Assembly (NCBI RefSeq): GCF_009914755.1
Contig: NC_060935.1
Reading direction: 5' to 3' (one strand)
Length of the DNA stretch: 64,000 nt
Origin: the human T2T-CHM13v2.0 reference genome, Homo sapiens
Shown here: in pieces, positions 25,840-36,610 of the stretch
How the letters are laid out: each line of letters opens with the position of its first letter
How positions within the stretch are numbered: position 1 is the first letter of the stretch
The notes under the pieces: model-generated
What the model saw: only the letters and a program-made list of their open reading frames with translations
Databases searched by the model: none
What the model was told of the DNA's origin: nothing
Position numbers and translations under genes: made by a program

Positions 25840-27030
25840 ATTTCTTTATTAATTCGTCAGACATGCATTGTGATTTGCTGAATGTTTACTACAATACTAG
25901 GTCCTAGGATACGAAAGCAAATAATGTTCATTAATTCAACAAGTATATGTTGGGACTTGCCAGGTGATGGAAACATAGCAGGGAACAGCACATTTGCCCT
26001 CATGGTACTCACAGAATGGTGGAGAAGACAGGCAATTTAACCAAAACCTACCCTGAAGTGTGAGGATGTGGTTCAAGAAAGAAACTGAGTGAGTAGGAGC
26101 ACCTAGTATGGAGGACTTAATTCTGTCTAGAGTCTGAGGGATGTTCCTGGGGAAGAGGCATACAAACTGATCTCTGAACAGAGACAATACATTTGGTAGG
26201 CAAAGAGGAGGAGATAGGGAATATCCCTGGAAGAAGGAACAACATGTACAAATGTCAGGAGACAAAGGGGCCATGCCAACAAGACAGTGGATAAACAAAA
26301 TAGTATTTCATTGCATGTTTCATTCATGCGATGGAATACTACTCAGCCATAAAAAAGAGAAACTGCTGACGTATGCAATAGCTGGAGGACTCTCAGAGGT
26401 TACATACTGTATGATTCCATTTCTATCACATTTTTAAAAGAAAGCAATAGTGGTGGAGAGCAGATCAGTGCATGTTAGGGGCTAGGGAAGGGGGGCACAG
26501 TGTCACTACAAAGGGACAGCACCAGGGAGTCTGGGGGGTGATGGAATTGTTTCATGTTCTGATTGTGATGGCAGTATATACATCCTATGCGTGTTAAGAC
26601 TCATAGAACTTTACGGCAAAAATTAAGTTAACTTCAGCACTGGCTAATTTAAAAAGTGAAATGTAAAGTCACAAAAGAAAAGTTCACCACTAAAGAGCTC
26701 AAAAAAGAAAATGAGAGTGGAGAATGGCAGGCAGTGAATTGCAACAGGATCTGCAATGCTTTGTTATTGAAAATTTTGAAGGAAAAAAATTCAGCCACGC
26801 CAAGGCCATGTTTGCATATGATCTCAATGGTAGCGGAGCCATGGAAGGATTTTTAAGTATGAGAACGACAGAATCAGATTTGCATTGGAAACAATCCCTC
26901 CGGCTGCAGTGTAGACCGTGGATTAAAGAGAGCCCCAGTGGTTCTGGGGAAGCCAGTGAGGGGTGGTTGGTGAGGTTCAGGTAGACAAAAAGATGGCTTA
27001 GAAGAGGAGGCAGAAGAGAAATGGCTTTGC
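25840..27030 (-). mobile_element. L2 fragments (interrupted by L1)
   Basis: ttcattaattcaacaagtatatg..gccctcatggtactcacag..ggagccatggaaggatttttaag..cagatttgcattggaaacaatccctc. Confidence 0.7.
26275..26655 (+). mobile_element. L1MC/MD-type 3' end
   Basis: atggaatactactcagccataaaaaag..tacatactgtatgattccattt..gagcagatcagtg..ggtgatggaattgtt..actcatagaact. Confidence 0.8.
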
Positions 27031-27840
27031 ACACAGCAGCCACCCCTGCGCAAGTCCAAAGGGAACGGCAGAGAAGGAGACAAGAGACCCTGGAGGGCCT
27101 GAGGGGCTGTGGAGGGTGGCCCTGGCCTCCCTGAGCAGCACTGTGGCATCTGCCTGTCTATCCAGAAGGCATATATGGGGCATCCCTTTCCTTATCTGCC
27201 ACTCAGGGTGGAAGCCCTTAGTTTTCCTTCTAGTTAGTTGGTACCATCTCCCCAGCTTTGAGTAACAGCGACCTCTTAGGGCTGAAAGGAAAGCAGGCAC
27301 CAGCAGTGGGCCTAGCCTAGGAGAGGAAAAGCTGCCCACTCCAGAGCCTCTGAGCGACTTTTTTCTAATCCCCTTCATCCCCTTCCTCTCTGGGGCCAGT
27401 TTAAAGTTTGAGAGAGACAGGGGTGGGGTCCAAGGGCAGGGAAGGGAAGGAGGAAGGTGAGTTGCATTGTGTTTCCCCCCCAAGTCCTGCTGAGAAATGG
27501 CTTCCTAGCGCTTTATCTGCCCTGGATATCGGCTGCAAGGATCTTATCAAACTGTAATTACCCAGCCTGGGTCTGTGCTAATTGGTTCTCTAGAGTAAAG
27601 TTACCTCCAATCTGTGTGTTATGGGTGCACAGCGGGAAGTGATTTGAGCCACGGAGGCTGTCTGTGATGGTATGTCAGAATCGCTGTGGTGGCTGCAGGA
27701 ACATGGAGCTGGGACCCAGCTTAGAAGGAAAGAATTGTTCCATGGGTCCCAATTCTAACCGAAAATGACCAGCCATCCTTATGTTATCTCGCTCCCAGGG
27801 ACCTCTTAGGAAACAGTGAGAGCTCATTTTCCTCCATCTC

Positions 27841-27953
27841 AGAAAAGAGGGAAGAGGGAAGGGGGAAAAAAGGGAGGGAGGGAGGGAAGGGGGAAAAAAG
27901 GAGGGAGGGAGGGAGGGAGGGAGGGAAGGAGAATGAAAAAGAAAACAGAAAAA
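27841..27953. repeat. Purine-rich (GGGA/GGAA) low-complexity tract
   Basis: Nearly pure purine run with duplicated gggaagggggaaaaaagg units. Confidence 0.9.
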
Positions 27954-28348
27954 CCCTATTTAACCCTGTTGGCTTTCCTGGCTCCAATATTCTTGACAAT
28001 CATCTCAAATTAGGGCCTCCAGCCACTATCTCATTTCCTCACCACCCACCTCTGTAATCTGACTTCTGCCTCAACCTGCAACAGAAATCCCATTTCCAAA
28101 GGCTTCCAAAGACTTGGGATAAAGGAATCTGAGGGTTGTTGAGAACCCACTAGGAAGATCACCTAGTCCTAGTCTCCTCTCCATGGTGGCCTCTCTAAGG
28201 AGAGTCTCATCCCCTGCTCTTACAGGCCCTCAACCATGCTCAGAATGGCTCAATTTGAAAGAATTTTTTATTTTTTAATATTGAGCCCAAACCTGTCTCC
28301 TTACAGTCCCATCCGCCCCTTGTGTGGCACTAAGCAAGCATAATATTT

Positions 28349-28411
28349 CTTCAGCTGTTTCCCCTAAAATATCAGCTGACAGCACTTCAGCTGTTTCCCC
28401 TAAAATATCAG
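28349..28411. repeat. 27-bp perfect direct repeat with 9-bp spacer
   Basis: cttcagctgtttcccctaaaatatcag at 28349-28375 and 28385-28411. Confidence 0.95.
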
Positions 28412-28451
28412 GACACCACCACGCACTTTGTGTCTCAAGAAAAGACCTTGG

Positions 28452-28590
28452 GGCCAGGCGCGGTGGCTCACGCCTGTAATCACAGCTCTCAGGGAGGCAA
28501 AGGCGGGAGGATAGCTTGAGCACAGGAATTCGAGACCTGCCTGGGCAATGTAGCGAGACCTCGTTCTCCACAAAAAGGAAGAAAAAAAAA
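28452..28590 (+). pseudogene. BC200 (BCYRN1) retropseudogene: Alu-monomer domain plus A-rich tract, 3' unique domain absent
   Basis: BC200-specific strings cagctctcagggaggc, ggatagcttgag, gagacctgcctgggcaat, gttctcca.aaaaagg; TSD aaaagaccttgg (28440-28451) / aaaagactttgg (28590-28601). Confidence 0.9.
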
Positions 28591-28829
28591 AAAGACTTTG
28601 GGGATCACACGAGACCCTCCCTTCTTCACCTCATTCATGCATAGCTCATCCAATCAGCTCTCGGCTTCCAATCCACCCCTTCTCTCCACCTCAGCTGGCA
28701 CTCCTCTGCCCAGGCATCAGCATCTGAACAAGATCACGCAACAGCCCCATTGGTCTTCCTGCTTCTTCACCCATGACACCCCACAACCAGTTCTCCACAC
28801 AGCAGCCAGAGTAACTTATGTGTAATACA

Positions 28830-29270
28830 TTTTTATTGTGGTATGCTAGATATAACATAAAATTTACTACTTTACCTATTTTTAAGTGTACAATTCAGTA
28901 AGTACCTCCCCATTGTTACGCAACCACTACAGGCAATTTCCAGAACTTTTGCATTACTCCACACTAAAGCTTTATAATCATTAAGTAGTAACTCCCCTAC
29001 TCCATTTCTCTCCTCAGCCCCTTTTAACCTCTGATATACTTTTTGTGTCTCTGAATGTGACTACACTATGCACCTCATTTAAGTGAAATCATACAGTATT
29101 CTTTTTGTGTCTATTTCACTTAGCATCATGTTTTCAAGGTTCATTCATGTCAACCTATATCAGAGTTACATTCCTTTTTATAGCTGAATAATATTCCATT
29201 GTATGGATATACCAATTCTGTTTACTCATTCACCCGTTGATGGGCATTTGGGTTGTTCCTGCATTTTGGA
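28830..29270 (-). mobile_element. L1MB-type 3' end inserted in L2
   Basis: tttattgtggta..catàaaattt-like start, tttttaagtgtacaattcagt, tttcacttagcatcatgttttcaaggttcattcatgt, gttgatgggcatttgggttg. Confidence 0.85.
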
Positions 29271-29289
29271 ATAGAAAATAGAAATTTCA

Positions 29290-29810
29290 TCGTGTCCCTC
29301 TCCTTATTAAAATCCTCCATAGACTTCCTATCTTGAACTTACCATAAGTCTAAAACCCTTACTCTGGACTATATGACCCTATCTTAGATGGCACTGCCCA
29401 TGTGAGAACCACCCTGACCAGCCTCCAGCCACACTGGATTTCTGTCTATTCCTTGAACAAGTCAAGCCTGTTCCTGAATCAGGGTCTTTGTACTTGAAGC
29501 TCCTGCCACCAAGACCCCTCTTCCCTCTGCTGTTCCTTCCTGTGGCTTGCTCATTGATGCATTCAGATTTCACTCAAATGTCACTTACTCTTCAAGTCCT
29601 TCTCTGACTGGAGCAGACTTCCAGCCTTTCCTACTACATCATGATGTTTTATTGTTATTACACACCCTGACTACCTGAGGTCTTCTTGTATGTTTATATG
29701 CCTCCCCAAATGGAGTGTCAGCTCTGTAAAAGCAGGAACTTTGCCTTGCTCACACCATCCCCTGTGCCAAGTACCGTGCCTGGTTCATATTCAAAGTCCA
29801 TACCTGTTTG
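29290..29810 (+). mobile_element. L2a 3' region
   Basis: cctccagccacactgg..tcagggtctttgtacttg..ctcaaatgtcactt..; upstream part at ~28600-28825. Confidence 0.75.
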
Positions 29811-29993
29811 AAGCAGCTTTCATTCCTCTGCTGGTGTTTTATCTCATGATGAGTACTCCTTTCTTTGGACATTCTTTTAATTGGCCTTCCTTCTCACCAT
29901 CTGAAGGTGCTACAGTGGGTCTGTGTACCTCCCAAAGTATACACCTGGAATGATGTGACATTCAGGTCTGAGGAGACTGTGTCTTTCCCAGAC

Positions 29994-30143
29994 CAGTGCT
30001 TTTCAATCCTGAGAGTGCATCAGAATCACCTGAAGGGCTTGTTAAACTACAACTTGCTGGGCCCACAGCTGGGTTTGCTTTTCTAATGGGTTTCCAGGTG
30101 ATGTTGATGCTGCAGGTCCGGGGACCACACTTGGAAACCACTG
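29994..30143. mobile_element. MER5A
   Basis: cagtgcttttcaa..gcatcagaatcacctgaagggcttgttaaa..ccaggtgatgttgatgctgc..gaccacacttggaaaccactg. Confidence 0.85.
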
Positions 30144-30724
30144 TGAGACTCTTCCTTCTACCATATCTGTAATGGTGTCCACTGATATCTCATCGACCCC
30201 AAAACTGTAGCCATTGGCCAGCCCAGATGGTTCCTCAGTGACTCATCCAATCCATGAGGTCACCTGAATCCTCACAATAACCTGATCTGGAGCCTGTCTC
30301 CTCTGTCTTCAGTCTCCTGAATCTATGGCACTGACACCAGCAGCTGCCCTTCCTTCTGGAACTCCCCTCCCAGGTGGTTCTGCACTATCCTCATTCCCCT
30401 GCTAAGTCTCTTGCTGCTCTTATGTATCGACTGGAGGCTCCTCTTCTTCTTTCTACCCCTTAAACATAGGTTTCCCCTCAAAGGAAAATCTGAGTTTCTT
30501 CTTTTAGAGAATAAATTCATTCTCCTGAATGTGTTTAACACTTTTATGAAGATGAATTCCAAATATCCATCCACAGCCCTGACCTTTCTCTGGAGCTCCA
30601 GATCCACTGTCCTCATAAAATCCAGTGTACAGCACCTGGGCATTGTCATCAGGCAGACTCAAGTTCAAATCTCACCAACCTCAGTGTCCTCAACTATAAA
30701 ATGAAATTAATATCTTCTTCATCA

Positions 30725-31075
<351 letters not shown>

Positions 31076-31999
31076 CTACAGGAGCTTCACAGATGGTAGG
31101 TATCACTATAATTTAATTTATTCAGTTGACGTATTCAATATTTAAGTCTATTAATTCCTCAGTCCCCACCTAGCACACGCCTTGGCACATGGTGGACAGG
31201 TGATAAACATTTGCTAAATGAATAAGTAAAATTCAGCTTAGCCCTAAATGAACATATCACTTGTTTGTTCCCACCCTGCTTTCCTGCTACATTTTTCTAT
31301 TTTCTTGTCACTGCCACTCTATTCTTCCAGCTAGCCAGTTTCATGAATTTGTAGTCATTTTGACTCCATCATTATCTTTATACCCTAAATGCAAAACTAT
31401 GTAGAGATAATAGTCATGATGCTCCCCACCTACAGCCTTTTCTGAGGCCCTGCCTAACAGTACCTGGCTTTTTCCATAATGTGACCCAGATTCTGGCCCC
31501 ACCGCATCGTCACCACCACCATCAGACCATAGCAGATGGGACTAGGAGATGGCACCTGAGCCAAGACCTGGTGGCTGTTCCCATAATGTAACAGGTGCGA
31601 ACACTGAGTCAATCAGATCCCCTCTGGTGGAAGTATGAAGAGGCGCATATTGAGCAGCTGAGTCACTTAGCAGTGGGCGGGCTGTGGGGTCATGGTTGAT
31701 ATGGAAAAGCTGGAATTATTGAGAGAGAGAAAAAAGTAAGTGATCATCGAAAGGCAATGGAAGAGAGAAGAGAGTGGAATAGCTATGGAGGGAGAAGGAC
31801 TGATTCTAGGAACTGGAGAGAGAGAGAGAGATCAACCTTGCAGTCCAAGAGAGGAAAAAGACAGAGAAAGAGGACCTGGCCCCACAGATCTTCCTGGGTT
31901 TCTCAATGACTTTGAGGTTCGTTTCTAATTCCCACCCCACGCATCTTTTAAACAGCTACCCACCCATCACCTTTTACTCTACTCTATGACGCGCTGTCA

Positions 32000-32710
32000 G
32001 ATAGCTTGACCAGTGCCCAAATTGTGTTGATGCTTCCTTCTCCCTCCTTTCCCCCATCTCTTCCATTCCATCCTCACTGCCATCATGAAGCCGGGAATCT
32101 CTAGTTCTTCCAACTAGTCCCACTGGAGGCTTCTGACCTCAGCTGGCCAATGCTGTCTGGCTCCAGTGCTTGTCTTCCAGCGTCTGTCCTTATGGTGCTA
32201 CTTCCTCATCCTGAAGCTTGTGGTGGCTTCCCGGTGCTTCTTAAAATCCAAGCTCAACAGGGGTTCAAGGCCTTACATCTTTTAGTTCTCAGGCGAACCT
32301 ATGATACTATCTCCCAACACGAAAGCCTCACACCAGCCAGTCAACACCCCTCCCCATGATGCTGTACCCCCACCACTTCCACATCTTCCCCTTCGCATCC
32401 TAAAATACCTTTGTTTTTCTTCCTTTATTTTCCTTCCTTTATTTCTTCTCCTGTGCTTCTCTGTTTCTATCTCCTTCTCTCTTTCCTCTTCTTACTTAAA
32501 TTCAACTTCATCTTTCAAGGTTTAAGTCCAGTATTATCTAACTACCCCTGGACCACTTACTTGTATGTCAGGGATATTGATCTTGCTCACCTCCCCAGCT
32601 CCAAGCTCCCTGAGGGCAGAGACTATACTGTACCACTTCCATATGTCCCATGCCACCTAGAATGTTATATGTGCTTAGAGAAGATGATGTTGAAAATATC
32701 TTGTTCAATT
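32000..32710 (+). mobile_element. L2 fragments
   Basis: ggttcaaggccttac..aagctccctgagggcagagact. Confidence 0.55.
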
Positions 32711-33811
32711 GATTTCAGTTATAAGATTAACAAATGTGTATATAGATGGATACTTATTTGAAATAAGTAATGTCAGATGTCAAACAAACCACTGTATGTG
32801 AGGTGGGGAGTATTTTTTGGCATCCCACAAAGCATCCTAGGAGTTTTGTTTTCTGCTATTCTTCTGCACAGCAACATTTCTGGCTACTGTTATCCTGCAT
32901 ATTCTTCAATAGAATGTAACTTCAGAACTCATTTTTTAAAGAACTCTTTAGATTATAGAACGACATCACCTTCTAGTCATACAAATTCAATTAAAATTCC
33001 AAAAGCATTTATTAAGCACACTGCAGGAAATTAAAAAAATGATTAATAAGACCTAACCTCTTCCTTCAAGATGCTCACAATCTGGTTAGCAATAGGACAA
33101 ATGCACTAATGACTGCAGTCAAGGCAGGATAAGACACGTGCCATAAGAAAGGTCAAAGTGCCATGGTGGGTCAGAGGAAGATGCTCTAGAAGGTAGGGAA
33201 GGACCTGCAGTAAAGCTGGAGGACAAGGCATTTGAAATGGGCAAATACTTGGAGGGACAAGTAACATGGGGTGTGTTGGGAGAATCTTGAATGGCTGGCT
33301 TAGTACTCAGTGCCTGACTGCCAGAACTCTGCCTTTTGTGAAAAGGGAAAACCTCCATGGCCAAGGAGTTTTGTCAGTGCTCAGCCACCAAGCATTTGCT
33401 GACGTGGACTTGGGTGTGACAGATCGGGGGAAAGTGTTTTGTCAAACTCCCTTTGTATGCAATAAATGTTCCATCTTCTCTTCACAAAGGCAAAAAAGCA
33501 GAATTTTTTTTATTCAACGAAGGTGTGAATGTGATTATTACATTAATAAATGTTATTACATATTCATTAAATACTGATATAAATAATGAATGAAATCGTG
33601 TATTTTTTTATCACATGTTGAAAATATTGCTTTCTTTACTCTTCCCCCATGTCTGAAAGGGACAGAAATGAGGTTATTTTCTTGTTACCCACCAATTAAT
33701 TTCCCCTTTAAGAAGTGGAGATATGTATCTAACCCAGACAGGCAGAGAGACTAAATGAGCTCTGTATGGCCATCACATTATCTTTTGATGTAAGAGCTGG
33801 AAGAGATCTCA

Positions 33812-34010
33812 GCCGGTGGTTGCAGAAGCCGTCTCACACCAGCCCCCGGAGAGTGGATTGTGTGCCTTTCTTCTCGACTCCAGGTTCATTAACTTCAGGG
33901 TGACAGGTTGAAATCAGCCATGGTAGGAGTATTTACACCAAGGAAATTGGCAAAAGCTACAAATAAGGGCTTTTTCCCCCTGTAGAGCTATTCAAATATT
34001 GACCGGCTCA
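33812..34010. mobile_element. MER63 (hAT-Blackjack) inserted in a MIR
   Basis: ggttgaaatcagccatggtaggagtatttacaccaaggaaattggcaaaagctacaaataagggcttttt. Confidence 0.85.
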
Positions 34011-35379
34011 TCATGTACAAAAGAGGAAACTGAAGCCCAAGCGGTGAAGTAACTTGTCCAAGGTGAAGGTCATGTAACCATTTGATCATGGAACAGGCAG
34101 GATTCAGGTCACCTAATGCCTATGCATTATTACTCTTTTCACTGGGAAGCTGCAGTACTGATTAGGATTTGAGGGTGCCTCTAAATAGATAAGTATGTAG
34201 ACAACGACACAGATTATTATACAAAAGAAACAGATGCCATGGTCTTCAAGTTAATAGCTTGCCAGGGCTAAAAGAGGAACATCCAAACTTCTCTCCACAG
34301 ATGGCTCTTTTGTACCCCGCCCCCCAAACTCCTACCCCTTGAGGGGAGGGGTTCCTGAGAGTGGGAAAGCAGGAGAGGAGGAGACTTCAATTTCTTCCAG
34401 CTTCACATTGGAGGAAGTGACGGAAGGCATCTCAGCCAAGCGCCTTGGTGCGTTGGACTCCTCTTTGCTCTGTAATTAGTGTCTATTTGCCTCCTTAACT
34501 TAAACTGGTTTTTAGCAATTTAGAGCCAGGGAGCCCATGTTATTTCAGTGAAGTGATAAAAAAAAAAATGGATATGTAATTGAAATCCCGTTCTACTCCT
34601 CTGGGAACCTGGTATGTTGCTTCACTCAGCTGAATGATAAAGATTCGGGGCCCTGATCACAGGCAGATAAGTAGGCTGGTTGATTAGGATGAATCCCACA
34701 GGTAATCCCTAATCTACTAGTCTGTTTGTTAACTATCAGTCTTTTTAGGATATTTGGTTTGCATAATATGATAATATAATAATGCACAAGCTCTTTAAAG
34801 GTGAAAATGAACCCAAATTGAAGACAAAACAGCCACAGCTGACATCTGCCCTCCCCAGTGCAACAGATCAATTATCAATTAGGCACAAATTTTTATTGAG
34901 TATCTATTGTTTGCACAGCACTAGGTGAGGGATAGAAGAGGTGTCAAATGTTCAGACCTTGGCCGTAAGGACCTAGCAAAGGCAATAAGGCATGCCCACA
35001 GGAAATTAATATTGCTGTAAGGAAGTGAATGCTTTGCTACTAAATGTGTGAATCAGACCAAAAGAGCTGCTGTAACGGGAATTTGGATCTTGGCTAAATA
35101 GAGCCATGCAGCTCTGCCGAACTCCAGAAGTCTCTCAAACTCCCCCTTGTAAAAAGCGCTGAAGTGTTGGGCCCAATGTCACCTTCTGCAATTAAATGGT
35201 ATCTCTTTATAGCAATGCCGGCACTCAGCGTGCCCTGCTCCAGCTGGTACCAGAAATGTCTAGAACCCAGCCTGGCTCCTCCCTGCCTTTTGGGATAGGG
35301 CCTGTGGAAGTGGACTTGAGTGGGTGATTTTTCTGTTTTCTCTGTTTCTACTGTACTTCAATAAATGTACCAAGAATAG

Positions 35380-35560
35380 CCACCACTTCCTGACTGTGGG
35401 GTGCCAGACACTGTGCTAGGTGCCTCACACACGGTGTCCCAATGTAATCCTCCTCCATATGCATAAGCATCTTCAATAAAGAAACTCAGGCTTGGAGAGG
35501 TAGGGGGACTTGTCCAGGGTCACCTCACTGACATTCTGACTCCAAAGTGCATGCTTTCCC
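35380..35560 (-). mobile_element. MIR SINE
   Basis: gtgccagacactgtgctagg..gaaactcaggcttggagagg..acttgtccagggtcac. Confidence 0.75.
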
Positions 35561-35582
35561 CGTTAACCCTGTCAAGGTAACT

Positions 35583-35738
35583 CAGTAATTCCCCAACCTA
35601 GTCACATATCATAATATAGAGATGCCTGGGTTCCACCCTACAGATTCTGATCCTCAAGATCTGGGGCAGAGGCCAAGTGCCTGAATTTCTAACAAACTTC
35701 CCAGGCTATTACTGCACACCAGTGCTTGAGAATAGGTG
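35583..35738. mobile_element. MER5A/B
   Basis: gatgcctgggttccacc..agattctgat..tctggggcagaggccaag..tttctaacaaacttcccagg. Confidence 0.7.
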
Positions 35739-36344
35739 CTATTACCTATTTACATGCTGCTTCCTGTTTCCTCCCTCCCCCAGCTGGAGAGTACCTCATG
35801 GGCAGGGATTGTGTCTGAGTCACCTCTTTGCCACCGATAATCAATGTGGTACTGGGCACAGTTTAAGTGCTCAATGCATTTGTCTTGAAAATGCTGAGTA
35901 GCATTGCACAGTTTCACTCTCCTTGCTGGCATTCTACAGGTAGAATATCAGGTTAACACACCTGCTACCAGTTCCCCAAGACTCAGCTCACGTAATGCCT
36001 TGGGGGTCTAGTTTGCAATATGAGCAACATGCCTGCAGCTGCAATGCACTCCCAATTACCCACTCGGGGATCCCTATCTGCTGGGTCCCCTGCCACCACC
36101 CCTCGCTCTGTCTGGTGTTGCCTGTTCAGGGAAAGCTGGCTGGATGTCACTTAACATAGTCAAACATAATCAGGAGAATGGAGCTCACAGACAGATTCAG
36201 CAGGACATTCTACAACAGCACAGCACTAACCACTGGACAATTCTTGGTGTGAGGTTGAACTCTCTCTTTCCTCCCCAGTCTGTATGGAATTGCCCTGTGA
36301 GCTATGTGGAGGCACAAAATGTTTGATGGATAACAACCCAAAAG

Positions 36345-36610
36345 ATTGTTTCCTAAGGCATGTTCCTGGTAGTGTCAATATCCACAGGATGTTAATAAAG
36401 GATTCTGCAAAATTTGGACCAAACCAGGTTAAACAAAAACAGTTCTCCCTATTATAGGATTTTCAAGAGATGCAATATGCTAATCTGCACTCTGATTATC
36501 TATATATATTATGCAGCATTTCTCAAACTTTTCCTTGAATTCTTTTTTCCCCTGGAATTTGTTTTTCCTTACATTTTTTCACTGATGTTCCAAGGAATAT
36601 GCTTTACAAA
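36345..36610. mobile_element. MER103-like hAT element
   Basis: aggttaaacaaa..caatatgctaat..tatgcagcatttctcaaactt. Confidence 0.6.

Noticed and set aside
28452-28590. The functional BCYRN1 gene itself
   Set aside because: It lacks the 3' unique C-rich domain and terminator, carries several substitutions and has a TSD, so it is a retrocopy.
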